A stretch of 60,605 bases of DNA, counting the filler. It is 5 parts of 5 records of this genome, joined end to end, with 100 filler letters (N's around TTAATTAATTAA, not from the genome) between each part and the next. Parts side by side here need not be neighbours in the genome. Positions count along the whole stretch, not along the records: positions 23,646 to 46,230 come from SRR31156797_17439; 4 more parts are not named here. The stretch is one strand, 5' to 3'. The position numbers and the translations under genes were made by a program. The notes under the pieces were generated by a model. That model made no database searches and was not told the origin of the DNA. It saw only the letters and a list, made by a program, of their open reading frames with translations. Within the stretch, counting starts at the first letter, position 1; each line of letters starts with the position of its first letter. Below, piece after piece: positions 32,053-41,033 of this stretch.

Positions 32053-32241
32053 ATATAGTCTCCTTTTGCTTTATCTTAGTTGACTTGCATTCAGATTCAC
32101 AACTCTTTTCAACCCGCTTGGGTGAATTTTGGACGCACCTTTACTGTTCTTCAGGGAGAGAGGGGAGCCCTCCCCCTGAAGTTATCCGGCGTATTAGGCA
32201 GGAGTTTGAATCTATTTTTAAACTCGCAAGTCATTGCGTTT

Positions 32242-32556
32242 TTAAATTAACTTTTTCATCTCTTCGAGTTGTGACTCGAGTTTTTCAACCCTGTCGAGCA
32301 GGTCTACTATAATAGATCCGCCTGTGGGGGTGACATCAAGGTCTTTGCAGAGCCTTGATAGCTTGGTCATGCGATAGAGATCGCGTGTTTCAAAGAGATA
32401 ATGTCCGTCCCCGGTTGTTCCGGGTCGCACCCATTCCATGCTGATCAGTTCCAGTACTACAGTTTCTTTCAGTCCGGTCATTTCCATGACCTGAGTGATT
32501 ACCAGTCGTTTGGAACTGGATGGAGGCTGCGCTTCGGTACGTTCTTTAATGTCCAT
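32242..32556 (-). CDS. cbpM: Chaperone modulator CbpM (MerR-like HTH)
   Basis: 104 aa with RLCKDLDV...IIVDLLDRVEKLE; directly follows cbpA. Confidence 0.8.
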   Translation of the reverse strand: MDIKERTEAQPPSSSKRLVITQVMEMTGLKETVVLELISMEWVRPGTTGDGHYLFETRDLYRMTKLSRLCKDLDVTPTGGSIIVDLLDRVEKLESQLEEMKKLI

Positions 32557-32568
32557 GGCGGGCCTCCT

Positions 32569-33573
32569 TTAGAATGAACGGGGTGAGAAGTTGGACTTTT
32601 CAGCCAGTTCTTCCCAAAGTTTTTTCATTTCGTCTGTCTCGGCTTTGGGAACCTGAATCATGATGCGCACAAACTGGTCGCCTTTCTTGGCTCCGGTGCC
32701 GAGACCGCGGCCTTTGATGCGCATTTTCTTGCCGCTACCAAGCCCTGCTGGAATGTTCATTTCAACCATTCCGTCAAGGGTGGGCAGTTTGAACTTTCCG
32801 CCAAGTGCCGCTTCCCAAGGGGCAAGTTTCAGATCGAGAATGACATTGCTTTCTTCAACCTTGAAATCCTTGTGCGCTGCAAGCTTGATCTTCAGGTACA
32901 GGTCGCCGCGCGGTCCGTCATGCGGTCCGGGTGATCCCTGACCGGAAAGGCGGATTTTCTGGCCTTCCTTGATACCTGCGGGAATTTTAACATCCAGAGT
33001 CTTGGACTGCACCATAGGATGCCCGCCCGGTCCGGTTGCCTTTTCCTGCACTGTCACGGATTTAGGCCCGCCTTTGTAAGCTTCCTCAAGGGTCAGGAGC
33101 AGGGTGGTTTCAGAGTTTTCGCCCTTGCGAGGCCGTTGCTGATGGAATCCACCACCGCCTCCAAAGCCCTGCGCGCCGCCGAAACCGCCACCGCCGAAGC
33201 CTTGTGCTCCACCGCCACCGAAAATGGTTTCAAAGAAGTCGCTGAAATCACCACCGCCGGCACCGCCGAATCCTCCGAATCCGCCGCCACCGCCGCCGAA
33301 GTTCATGTTCTCATAGCCCGGAGGCGGACGGAAATTCTGTCCGTGCTCCCAGTCCGCGCCGAACTGGTCGTACATCTTCCGCTTTTCCGGGTCCTTAAGA
33401 ACTTCGTAAGCTTCGTTGATTTCTTTAAACTTCTTTTCCGCTTCCGGATTATCCGGGTTCAGGTCAGGGTGATACTGCCGAGCCAGCTTTTTAAAGCCTT
33501 TAGCAATATCTTCCTTACTTGCGGAGCGGGAAACTCCTAGAAGTTTGTAGTAGTCCTTATATTTCACGCTCAT
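32569..33573 (-). CDS. cbpA: DnaJ class B co-chaperone (CbpA-like)
   Basis: J-domain with HPD, G/F-rich linker, no zinc finger, C-terminal PWEAALG. Confidence 0.88.
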   Translation of the reverse strand: MSVKYKDYYKLLGVSRSASKEDIAKGFKKLARQYHPDLNPDNPEAEKKFKEINEAYEVLKDPEKRKMYDQFGADWEHGQNFRPPPGYENMNFGGGGGGFGGFGGAGGGDFSDFFETIFGGGGAQGFGGGGFGGAQGFGGGGGFHQQRPRKGENSETTLLLTLEEAYKGGPKSVTVQEKATGPGGHPMVQSKTLDVKIPAGIKEGQKIRLSGQGSPGPHDGPRGDLYLKIKLAAHKDFKVEESNVILDLKLAPWEAALGGKFKLPTLDGMVEMNIPAGLGSGKKMRIKGRGLGTGAKKGDQFVRIMIQVPKAETDEMKKLWEELAEKSNFSPRSF

Positions 33574-33807
33574 CTTGTAATTACTCCTTGAGTGATTGGA
33601 CGATCAATTTCTTGCTCGTCACTATATCAAAGTAATTCAGAGTTGGCGCAAGTCAAGCGTAATAATTGAAATTTAGGTGAGGGGGGAGGGGGCAAGCTTT
33701 TGGAAAGAGCGTGAAAGCTCGGCTCTCTTATATCATGATGGTGATAAGGGGGTGAGTTATTTCTGAGGAAAAGCTTTAGCCGCATTGTCGTTAAAGTTGG
33801 TACTATC

Positions 33808-34785
33808 TTAGTATTTAGGTATGTTGCCTAAAACTTCAACCGTTGGGACTATGACTTTTGCTGGTAAAGCCTTTCCCTTGTTGAGTTGGTTCAAGTATTT
33901 ATAACAAAGTTGTCCGATGTGGTTGAAATTAAATCCCACAATACCATTCAGAAGGTCATCATCTGCCAACTTTTTCATTGAAGGCGTTATGTTACCTGTT
34001 CCGCATAGAATGATAATTCTTTTATATTCTAGTGATTTTTTGTGCGGAGCGACTATGTCTCTATATTGGGCGATATCTAATAGTGGCCAGTGACCTACTG
34101 AAATGAACACATCCGGCTTGATCTCATTAACTACTTTATAAACCAATTTCATTGTTCGCGTTATGTCGTCTTCTGCATTCAGAGGGCTGAAGGACGATTC
34201 GAACCAATTGTTTTCGCCATTTAGCCTTTTGTGTACGGGGTATCCATAATCCAGGCTTAAACCCATCCTGACGCCGTGCAGGCGTGCTCGCAGGTTGGGG
34301 TCGTGCCTGTCACTCATTATGCAGATAGTTCCTCCTTCAGGACGAAGTCTTTTGGCAATAGCGGCGAGTTTTGTGCCGAGATCAAAATTATTCGGACCGA
34401 TGAAGAGTTGGTATTTATCCCTGTCGGCAGGGAGAAAGGGAGAGTCAAAAGATATAATCGGGATATTGCGGCCAAATTGTTTAATGGTTGAGGTCAGTGA
34501 ATTTGAATGGACAACAGAAATAGCGATTCCTGAGAGGTGATAGTTGTTTAGTGCATGTTGGAGGGCTTCGGATTGTGCCCTCGGATGAGCTGAGCCTTTG
34601 GGGCTGATGTCTATGCAGGTATCGCCGTTTTTTTGGGCCATTTCTGCACATCCCGTTGCAGCGGCTTGAAAATTGAAATCGTCTCCGCTTTTGCCAAGGA
34701 TAGCGAAAGTATTGTTTTTTGCGTGGCAGGGAAGATTGTTGAGTAACATAAATAACGTGGCTACAAGATAAATAAATAAGCGCAT
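33808..34785 (-). CDS. Orphan periplasmic sugar-binding-like protein (class I PBP)
   Basis: Signal peptide; IPIISFDS, FIGPNNFDLG and NLRARLHG motifs typical of RbsB-like proteins. Confidence 0.7.
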   Translation of the reverse strand: MRLFIYLVATLFMLLNNLPCHAKNNTFAILGKSGDDFNFQAAATGCAEMAQKNGDTCIDISPKGSAHPRAQSEALQHALNNYHLSGIAISVVHSNSLTSTIKQFGRNIPIISFDSPFLPADRDKYQLFIGPNNFDLGTKLAAIAKRLRPEGGTICIMSDRHDPNLRARLHGVRMGLSLDYGYPVHKRLNGENNWFESSFSPLNAEDDITRTMKLVYKVVNEIKPDVFISVGHWPLLDIAQYRDIVAPHKKSLEYKRIIILCGTGNITPSMKKLADDDLLNGIVGFNFNHIGQLCYKYLNQLNKGKALPAKVIVPTVEVLGNIPKY

Positions 34786-34860
34786 AGTACCGTCGTAATT
34801 TAAAGGGGAGAGATATAACTATTATATTACGTCAGTGGTGTGATTGCATCAAGGACTATC

Positions 34861-35592
34861 TTAAAAATCCTCCGGCAACTCATAATCCTTCTTCTCCGCA
34901 ACATAGCAATATACACAACGATCTTTCTTTATAAAGAATCGAATCAATATCACTCCGGCAATAAACCCACCTATATGGGCGGCCCATGCGACTTTTTGTG
35001 CTCCTTCGGCAAAATGTTCGGATACACCGGAAAAAACCTGAAGTATGAACCAGAGTCCTAAGAATAAGGATGCGGGAATTTTGAAGAAAAATGGAATGAT
35101 GATTACAGGGAATAAAGTCAAAACTTGCCCGTGCGGATAGAGCATCATGTATGCTCCCATGATTCCGGCGACTGCACCGGATGCACCAATTACAGGCGCA
35201 CTGGCAGAGGGGTTGATGATCATCTGTACTGCGATGGCAATGATCCCGCATATCAAATAGAAAACGACAAATCGTCCATGCCCCATGGCATCTTCTATGT
35301 TGTCTGCGAAAATCCAGAGCATCCACAAATTCAAAATGATATGCAGCCAGCCGCTGTGCAGGAACATATAGGTGAGAAGCGGTAATATCCCGGAATCGGG
35401 ATATCCGGCGGCTACTGCCCATTCCGGATTGAAAAATCTTGCCGGGACTACGCCCAGCAGGTGGAAAAGTGCCAGCCGTCCCTGAGGAGTCAGCATCTGT
35501 TCAAACGCAAAGACAATGACGTTTACGATCATGATTCCGCGCAGCACATACGGCGTGATCAGGCAGGGGACGTTGTCGCGGATTGGGATCAT
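34861..35592 (-). CDS. Rhomboid intramembrane serine protease
   Basis: MFLHSGWLHI, GASGAVAG and AHIGGF. Confidence 0.93.
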   Translation of the reverse strand: MIPIRDNVPCLITPYVLRGIMIVNVIVFAFEQMLTPQGRLALFHLLGVVPARFFNPEWAVAAGYPDSGILPLLTYMFLHSGWLHIILNLWMLWIFADNIEDAMGHGRFVVFYLICGIIAIAVQMIINPSASAPVIGASGAVAGIMGAYMMLYPHGQVLTLFPVIIIPFFFKIPASLFLGLWFILQVFSGVSEHFAEGAQKVAWAAHIGGFIAGVILIRFFIKKDRCVYCYVAEKKDYELPEDF

Positions 35593-35681
35593 GGAGTTAG
35601 CCTTTATTGTCGCTTGAGATTTATGAAATTAAATTCAAGCTTAACAGAAAAGTATTATGATCTCTATGGGGATAATCCCGC

Positions 35682-35895
35682 AAAAAACGACCCCCACTAC
35701 ATAAATGCAGCGGGGGCGTGACGAGATTGAGTTGGTAGGTAAACTAGGGGTACTCACTCCCTAAACACTAAACCTGATGCTGAAAGCGGGGTTGGACCTT
35801 GCGTAGAATTCTTGTATGTATAATGGACTTGCATCCTAACAATTAAATTGTGTTCATTCTTCCGACTACGGCCCTGACCACACGCCTCAGGTCTC
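35682..35895 (-). ncRNA. Candidate structured small RNA or leader with own promoter and terminator; family not recognised
   Basis: TTGACT-N16-TATTTT (with extended TG) at 35929-35902. Long 5' irregular stem (ACCTGAgGC/GCaTCAGGT, GGGCC/GGTCC, CGTAG/CTACG), internal GGAT-GCAA-GTCC hairpin, and terminator CCCCCGCTGCAT-tt-ATGTAGTGGGGG followed by T6. Confidence 0.6.
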
Positions 35896-35948
35896 ACTTA
35901 TAAAATAACACATGGGGCGGGTAAGTCAATACTCACAAGCGCGAAAAC

Positions 35949-37598
35949 CTAGCTCTCATCGGGGTTGAACAGCTTTTTCAGGTAGTTCTCGAATGATATT
36001 TCTTTGTCTTTGCGCAGGCCGGCCAGAACTTCGAGAATCCGCGTTGTTTCCGAATCAAGTTTAGCCAGATCAGCGTCATTTTCTATGATAGCGGTACAGC
36101 AATCCATTTTAGATTTTTCATCCCACTGCCATGAATCGAAAACCGCAAGCATTTCAGGATCAATTCCACGCTTCTCGCGCAATTCTCCGGTCCGTTTTGC
36201 TTCCGGTGTACGAACCCCAATTACAGCATCAACCAGTTTCTTGGTATGCCAGCCGCCTTCCAGCAGCAGGGGAACTTCCGCAACTGCCAGCGGTTCGTTG
36301 GAGTTGGTTTTATAGAATTCGGTTACATCGTGTTGCACGATGGGGTGGATTATATTCATGACTTCCCGGCGCAGGTCTTCATTTTCGCACATTGCGGTGA
36401 AGAGTTCAGCCTTATCAATGTTGCCGGTTTCGTTGTCGATGAAACGGTTGCCGAATCTCTGGCGCATCAATTCCCATCCAGCTCCGTCTTTTTCATAGGA
36501 ACGTGCTACGGATTCATCCGCACTGAATGTGGGAATTTTCTTTTCTGCAAGAATTTTTAGTACTGCTGATTTGCCTCCACAGGGCATGCCGATCAAGCCG
36601 ACTCGCTGTATTGATTTATCCAGTGCCTTGAGCATATTTATGAAATCTTCAGGCGGTTCTTGGGTGAAGCTCAGCTCTTCTTCGGAATCAGGGTGAGTGA
36701 ATGATAGAGAGTAGGCGTGCAGCATCTGACGTTCTGCAAGTTTGGCTAATTGCGGCTGCACCTGCTCCCAAATAGCATGCGGCATGGAACCGTATACCTG
36801 ATCTCCAACCAGCGGATGGCCGATGTGTGCCATGTGGACCCTGATCTGATGGGTGCGTCCGGTGAAAATTTTTACTTTAACGAGGCTTGCTCGTCCGGCT
36901 GGATCGGACCAGAGGACTTTATATTCGGAGCGGGCATCGCGTCCTCCTTTGAGGACTACCGCCATTTTGGTCTTATGTACCGGATGTCTGCCCATTGGCT
37001 GGTCAATTTCACCGAACTCACGCTCAGGAACACCATGCACGATCGCAAGATAGGCCTTGTTGACCTCACGATCAGCAAAAGCGGCGGACATGGCAAGGCG
37101 GTCATGTTCATTCAAGGCTACAGTAATAAGGCCTGATGTAAATTTATCCAGACGGTGCACAATTCCGGGTCGCCATTCATCCATATCCCGGATCTCAGGG
37201 AAGTGGTGAATCATGCGGTGAACGAGTGTTCCCGTGGGGCAACTTGGAGCTGGGTGAGTGGTCAGTCCTGCCGGTTTGTTGATAACCGCGATCTTCCCAT
37301 CATTATATATAATTTCCAGCGGCAGGTCTTCGGGGACCAGTGAAGTCAGCTCTGCTTCGCCTTTAAGGGTAAGCTCTTCGTTTCCCATCAATTTCTGGTT
37401 CGGCTTTTTGCAAACCTTGCCGTTTATCTCAGCGAATCCGGCTTTGATCCAGTCTTTTACCTTGCCACGTGAAATGCCTTCTTCTTCCAGGGCGGTTCCC
37501 CAGAATTTGTCCAGCCGGGTATTGCGATCAGGAAATCCTGCGTTTTTTGTCCAGAGAAGCTGGTTCTCATTTTCTTGAAAATCTTCGTTATTGCACAT
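35949..37598 (-). CDS. coaE: RluA/RluD-type pseudouridine synthase fused to dephospho-CoA kinase
   Basis: S4-like N-terminus, NKPAGL, HRLDKFTSG, TGRTHQIRVH and QMLHA, followed in frame by GLIGMPCGGKS, IIHPIV, EVPLLLE and IIEND. Confidence 0.9.
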   Translation of the reverse strand: MCNNEDFQENENQLLWTKNAGFPDRNTRLDKFWGTALEEEGISRGKVKDWIKAGFAEINGKVCKKPNQKLMGNEELTLKGEAELTSLVPEDLPLEIIYNDGKIAVINKPAGLTTHPAPSCPTGTLVHRMIHHFPEIRDMDEWRPGIVHRLDKFTSGLITVALNEHDRLAMSAAFADREVNKAYLAIVHGVPEREFGEIDQPMGRHPVHKTKMAVVLKGGRDARSEYKVLWSDPAGRASLVKVKIFTGRTHQIRVHMAHIGHPLVGDQVYGSMPHAIWEQVQPQLAKLAERQMLHAYSLSFTHPDSEEELSFTQEPPEDFINMLKALDKSIQRVGLIGMPCGGKSAVLKILAEKKIPTFSADESVARSYEKDGAGWELMRQRFGNRFIDNETGNIDKAELFTAMCENEDLRREVMNIIHPIVQHDVTEFYKTNSNEPLAVAEVPLLLEGGWHTKKLVDAVIGVRTPEAKRTGELREKRGIDPEMLAVFDSWQWDEKSKMDCCTAIIENDADLAKLDSETTRILEVLAGLRKDKEISFENYLKKLFNPDES

Positions 37599-37795
37599 GT
37601 AATTTATTCCATATTGGGTTATATTCGTATTCAGTAGCTGGATGCTTGTTCGTAATATTCAGTTATGCCAAGTAGATATGGTTTAACTGAATAATAATTT
37701 GAAATTTGCTTGACTGTCAAAGCTGTGTCTTATAAAAACACGAAGTTTTGACTTTTCGGATTTTATAACAAATAACATGGGATCAAGGAGGCACC

Positions 37796-38422
37796 GTGGC
37801 GGTACATGTGGTAGACCATCCTTTGGTAAGACACAAGCTCGGCATTCTCCGTGAAGACGGCATCAGCACTAGTCGTTTTCGCGCACTGGCTCAGGAAATT
37901 TCCAGACTGCTTACTTATGAAGCAACCAAAGACCTCGCAACCGAAGCTAAAACCATTACTGGTTGGGCCGGTGAAGTTGAGGTAGAGGAAATCAAGGGTA
38001 AAAAAATCACCGTAGTTCCTATTCTCAGGGCCGGCCTCGGTATGATGGACGGCGTTCTGGACATGGTTCCGGGTGCCCGCGTCAGTGTTGTCGGTTTTTA
38101 CCGTGACGAAGAGACTTTGCAGCCTGTCGAATATTACGTCAAGCTCGCAAGCAACATTGATGAGCGTATCGCTCTCATTCTTGACCCCATGCTCGCTACC
38201 GGCGGAACCCTGCTGGCTACCATCGAACTTCTCAAGAAGTCCGGTTGTACCAATATTAAAGGTTTGTTCCTCGTAGCAGCTCCCGAAGGGATTGAGAAGA
38301 TTGTTAAAGCGCATCCGGACGTGGATATTTACACGGCGTCCATCGATGAAAAACTCAACGATGCAGGATACATTCTCCCCGGTCTCGGAGACGCGGGTGA
38401 TAAGATATTCGGCACTAAGTAA
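37796..38422 (+). CDS. upp: Uracil phosphoribosyltransferase
   Basis: [19 protein letters not shown] and [12 protein letters not shown]. Confidence 0.98.
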   Translation: MAVHVVDHPLVRHKLGILREDGISTSRFRALAQEISRLLTYEATKDLATEAKTITGWAGEVEVEEIKGKKITVVPILRAGLGMMDGVLDMVPGARVSVVGFYRDEETLQPVEYYVKLASNIDERIALILDPMLATGGTLLATIELLKKSGCTNIKGLFLVAAPEGIEKIVKAHPDVDIYTASIDEKLNDAGYILPGLGDAGDKIFGTK

Positions 38423-38430
38423 ATGTTTTT

Positions 38431-38459
38431 AAAGGCACCAAATACGGTGCCTTTTTTTT
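38431..38459 (+). terminator. Intrinsic terminator/attenuator between upp and uraA
   Basis: AAAGGCACC-aaatac-GGTGCC followed by T8. Confidence 0.8.
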
Positions 38460-38483
38460 GGAATAATTTTACGGAGATTACTA

Positions 38484-39737
38484 ATGAGCACATCCAGTAC
38501 TGAGTATAATTTCAGGGCAAAAGACGTTGTCCTTGGCGCACAGATGCTTTTCGTCGCATTTGGTGCACTCGTCCTTGTCCCTCTTCTTACCGGCCTTGAT
38601 CCCAACGTGGCCCTTTTTACCGCCGGTGCCGGTACTCTGGTTTTTCAGGTGGTTACCAAGGGTAAGATCCCCGTATTTCTGGCATCGTCTTTTGCTTTTA
38701 TCGCGCCTATTATCTACGGTGTGCAGACTTGGGGCATCCCTTCCACCCTCTGTGGTCTTGCGGCAGCAGGTGTTTTCTACGTAGTTCTTAGTTTTCTTAT
38801 TCGCTGGCGCGGTACCGATATCCTGAAACGTGTTCTGCCTCCGGTTGTAACCGGTCCGGTTATCATGGTTATCGGCCTTATCCTCGCTCCGGTTGCGGTT
38901 TTCATGGCTGTGGGCAAAACAGGTGATGGTGCTATTGTGCTGGTTCCCGAAAAGACCGCACTGATCGTATCCATGGTTTCCCTTGCTGTTACCGTTGCAG
39001 TCTCCCTGCTCGGTAAAGGCTGGCTCAAGCTGATCCCCATTCTTTGTGGTATCGCAGCAGGTTACTCTGTCTCCCTGTTTATGGGACTTGTTAACTTTGA
39101 TGCTGTTACCGCTGCTCCGTGGTTTGCAATTCCCAACTTTACCGCACCTGAATGGAACCTTGAAGCCGTACTGTTTATTGTTCCGGTAGCAATTGCTCCG
39201 GCAATTGAGCACTTCGGCGATGTTCTCGCCATCAGCTCTGTTGCAAATAAGGATTACGTAAAAGAACCCGGTATCCAGAACACCATGCTCGGTGACGGTC
39301 TGGCAACTTCTCTTGCGGCTTTCCTTGGTGGACCTCCGAACACCACTTACTCTGAAGTTACCGGCGCAGTTGCTTTGATTAAGGTTTTCAACCCCGCAAT
39401 TATGACTTGGGCTGCAATTGTTGCCATGTCCCTCGCTTTCTGCGGCAAGGTAGGTGCCTTCCTGTCCACTATTCCCGTCCCGGTAATGGGCGGTATCATG
39501 GTCCTGCTCTTCGGTGCGATCATGGTTGTAGGTATGAATACTCTCGTTCGTGCCGGTGAAGACCTCATGGAAGCGCGTAACCTCGCTATTGTGGCTCTGA
39601 TTGTAATTTTCGGTGTGGGTGGCATGTCTCTGCCTACTCCCTTTAGCGATGAGTTCAGACTCGGCGGAATCGGCCTTGCCGGTATCCTCGGTGTTTTCCT
39701 GAATCTTGTGTTGCCGCAACCAAAGAAAGAAGAATAA
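38484..39737 (+). CDS. uraA: Uracil permease (NCS2 family)
   Basis: QMLFVAFGA, SSFAFI, EHFGD and GPPNTTYSE; adjacent to upp. Confidence 0.93.
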   Translation: MSTSSTEYNFRAKDVVLGAQMLFVAFGALVLVPLLTGLDPNVALFTAGAGTLVFQVVTKGKIPVFLASSFAFIAPIIYGVQTWGIPSTLCGLAAAGVFYVVLSFLIRWRGTDILKRVLPPVVTGPVIMVIGLILAPVAVFMAVGKTGDGAIVLVPEKTALIVSMVSLAVTVAVSLLGKGWLKLIPILCGIAAGYSVSLFMGLVNFDAVTAAPWFAIPNFTAPEWNLEAVLFIVPVAIAPAIEHFGDVLAISSVANKDYVKEPGIQNTMLGDGLATSLAAFLGGPPNTTYSEVTGAVALIKVFNPAIMTWAAIVAMSLAFCGKVGAFLSTIPVPVMGGIMVLLFGAIMVVGMNTLVRAGEDLMEARNLAIVALIVIFGVGGMSLPTPFSDEFRLGGIGLAGILGVFLNLVLPQPKKEE

Positions 39738-39782
39738 CAATAAGCCGGAGTGGTCCGGCATTGTATAATTAGGTTTGACTTG

Positions 39783-39835
39783 TGAGAGACTTGTCCGGAG
39801 ACCCATCGGGGGTGTCCGGGCATTTCTCATTTTTT
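39783..39835 (+). terminator. uraA terminator
   Basis: TGAGA..TGTCCGGA..ACCC/GGGGT..TCCGGGCA..TCTCA followed by T6. Confidence 0.65.
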
Positions 39836-39932
39836 ACTTGCTGGTGAAAGAGCTGCTCTGTAGCTTGTAACAGGAACGAAGTTTTACGGTTGATATACTG
39901 TTACAAATAATAAGTAATTTGTGGAGAATATA

Positions 39933-41015
39933 ATGGATACAGGGTTTGAATATCCTGAACTGAAAGAACTTGCAGTCGGGCGAAAGGTCGCCATGGCAGT
40001 TAGTGGCGGTGCGGATAGTCTGTTGTCTCTGGTCCTGCTCAAGGAGAGCGGGGCGGATATAGTGGCGGTCCACGGTTGTTTTCTGGGTAAGGAAAAAGCC
40101 GAAGTAGCTGTTGCCGGACTTGAGAAAAGATGTGCGGAGCTGGATGTGCCGCTGCATGTCTTTGATCTTACTGCCGAGTTCGACCGTTTGGTAGTCGAGC
40201 CTTTTGTTCAGGAATACCTTCGGGGTAATACGCCTAATCCATGTGCTCTCTGCAACCCTGAGATCAAATTCGGTGTGCTTTATAAAGCAGCGCGCGAACT
40301 TGGTTGTGATCTGCTTGGAACGGGGCATTACGTACGTATCGCTGAAGACGCGCGTTATGGAAAGGTCCTGGCCCGTGGTGCTGATATGGGCAAAGACCAG
40401 AGTTATTTTCTTTCCCTTGTTCCTCGTGATTCCGTTCTGAATGCTATCTTCCCTCTTGGCGGGCACAGCAAGGATCAAACTTATGCCGAGCTGGATAAAC
40501 GTGGTGTGGAGATTCCGCTGCCTTCAGAAAGTCAGGAAATTTGTTTTGTTCCTGATGATGATTACCGCCAGTTTTTGATTGACCGCAAAGTGAAGCTGCC
40601 CGGTCCCGGGGTTGCTGTGCTTTCCGATGGAACAAAAGTTGGTAAGCACAAAGGGCTCTGGCGCTACACTCAAGGCCAGCGACGAGGATTGGGGATTTCT
40701 TGGAAGGCTCCGCTTTATGTTCTGGACAAGGATATGAAGCGCAACCTGCTCATCGTTGGACCCCATGACGAACTCGAAGCTGGGGGCTGCATTGCTGACA
40801 GCTTTAATTTTCTGATTGATTTTGAACGCTGGCCTGAAACCGTATTTATCCAGACCCGCTACCGACAGCGATCCAAGCCCGCAAGGGCCGTGCAGGTTGG
40901 TAGCAGTATAAAATTTGATTTTATTGAGCCGCATTCCCGGCCTACGCCTGGGCAGATTGTGGCAGTATATACAGAAGAGGGCGCTGTGCTCGGAGGTGGT
41001 ATCATCCGGGAATAG
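39933..41015 (+). CDS. mnmA: tRNA 2-thiouridylase MnmA
   Basis: SGGADS PP-loop, TPNPCALCN, TGHY, KDQSYFL, ESQEICF, YTQGQRRGL and TPGQ. Confidence 0.93.
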   Translation: MDTGFEYPELKELAVGRKVAMAVSGGADSLLSLVLLKESGADIVAVHGCFLGKEKAEVAVAGLEKRCAELDVPLHVFDLTAEFDRLVVEPFVQEYLRGNTPNPCALCNPEIKFGVLYKAARELGCDLLGTGHYVRIAEDARYGKVLARGADMGKDQSYFLSLVPRDSVLNAIFPLGGHSKDQTYAELDKRGVEIPLPSESQEICFVPDDDYRQFLIDRKVKLPGPGVAVLSDGTKVGKHKGLWRYTQGQRRGLGISWKAPLYVLDKDMKRNLLIVGPHDELEAGGCIADSFNFLIDFERWPETVFIQTRYRQRSKPARAVQVGSSIKFDFIEPHSRPTPGQIVAVYTEEGAVLGGGIIRE

Positions 41016-41033
41016 CCCCGGGAGATACGCGCA

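Noticed and set aside
33145-33300. Repeated GGCGGTGGCGG-type units in cbpA as a tandem repeat or CRISPR array
   Set aside because: They encode the normal Gly/Phe-rich linker of DnaJ proteins. No CRISPR array was seen anywhere in the window.
33587-33631. HAIR-like (HspR) inverted repeats upstream of cbpA
   Set aside because: CTTGAGT..CGATCAA has the wrong spacing and the second candidate has several mismatches. No CIRCE element was seen either.
35754-35834. 26-codon ORF (MQVHYTYKNSTQGPTPLSASGLVFRE) inside the candidate sRNA
   Set aside because: No RBS at a usable distance, and the start codon lies within a hairpin.
35682-35895. Assignment of the candidate RNA as 6S RNA or a c-di-GMP-I riboswitch
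   Set aside because: Lacks the two-helix central-bubble layout of 6S and the GGCAAAC/GAAA-tetraloop-receptor core of c-di-GMP-I; left unassigned.
38481-39830. 449-aa antisense ORF over uraA, and similar long shadow ORFs over clpB, upp, pssA, leuA, leuC and the efflux genes
   Set aside because: They mirror well-supported genes on the other strand, have no recognisable motifs and are expected from codon bias.
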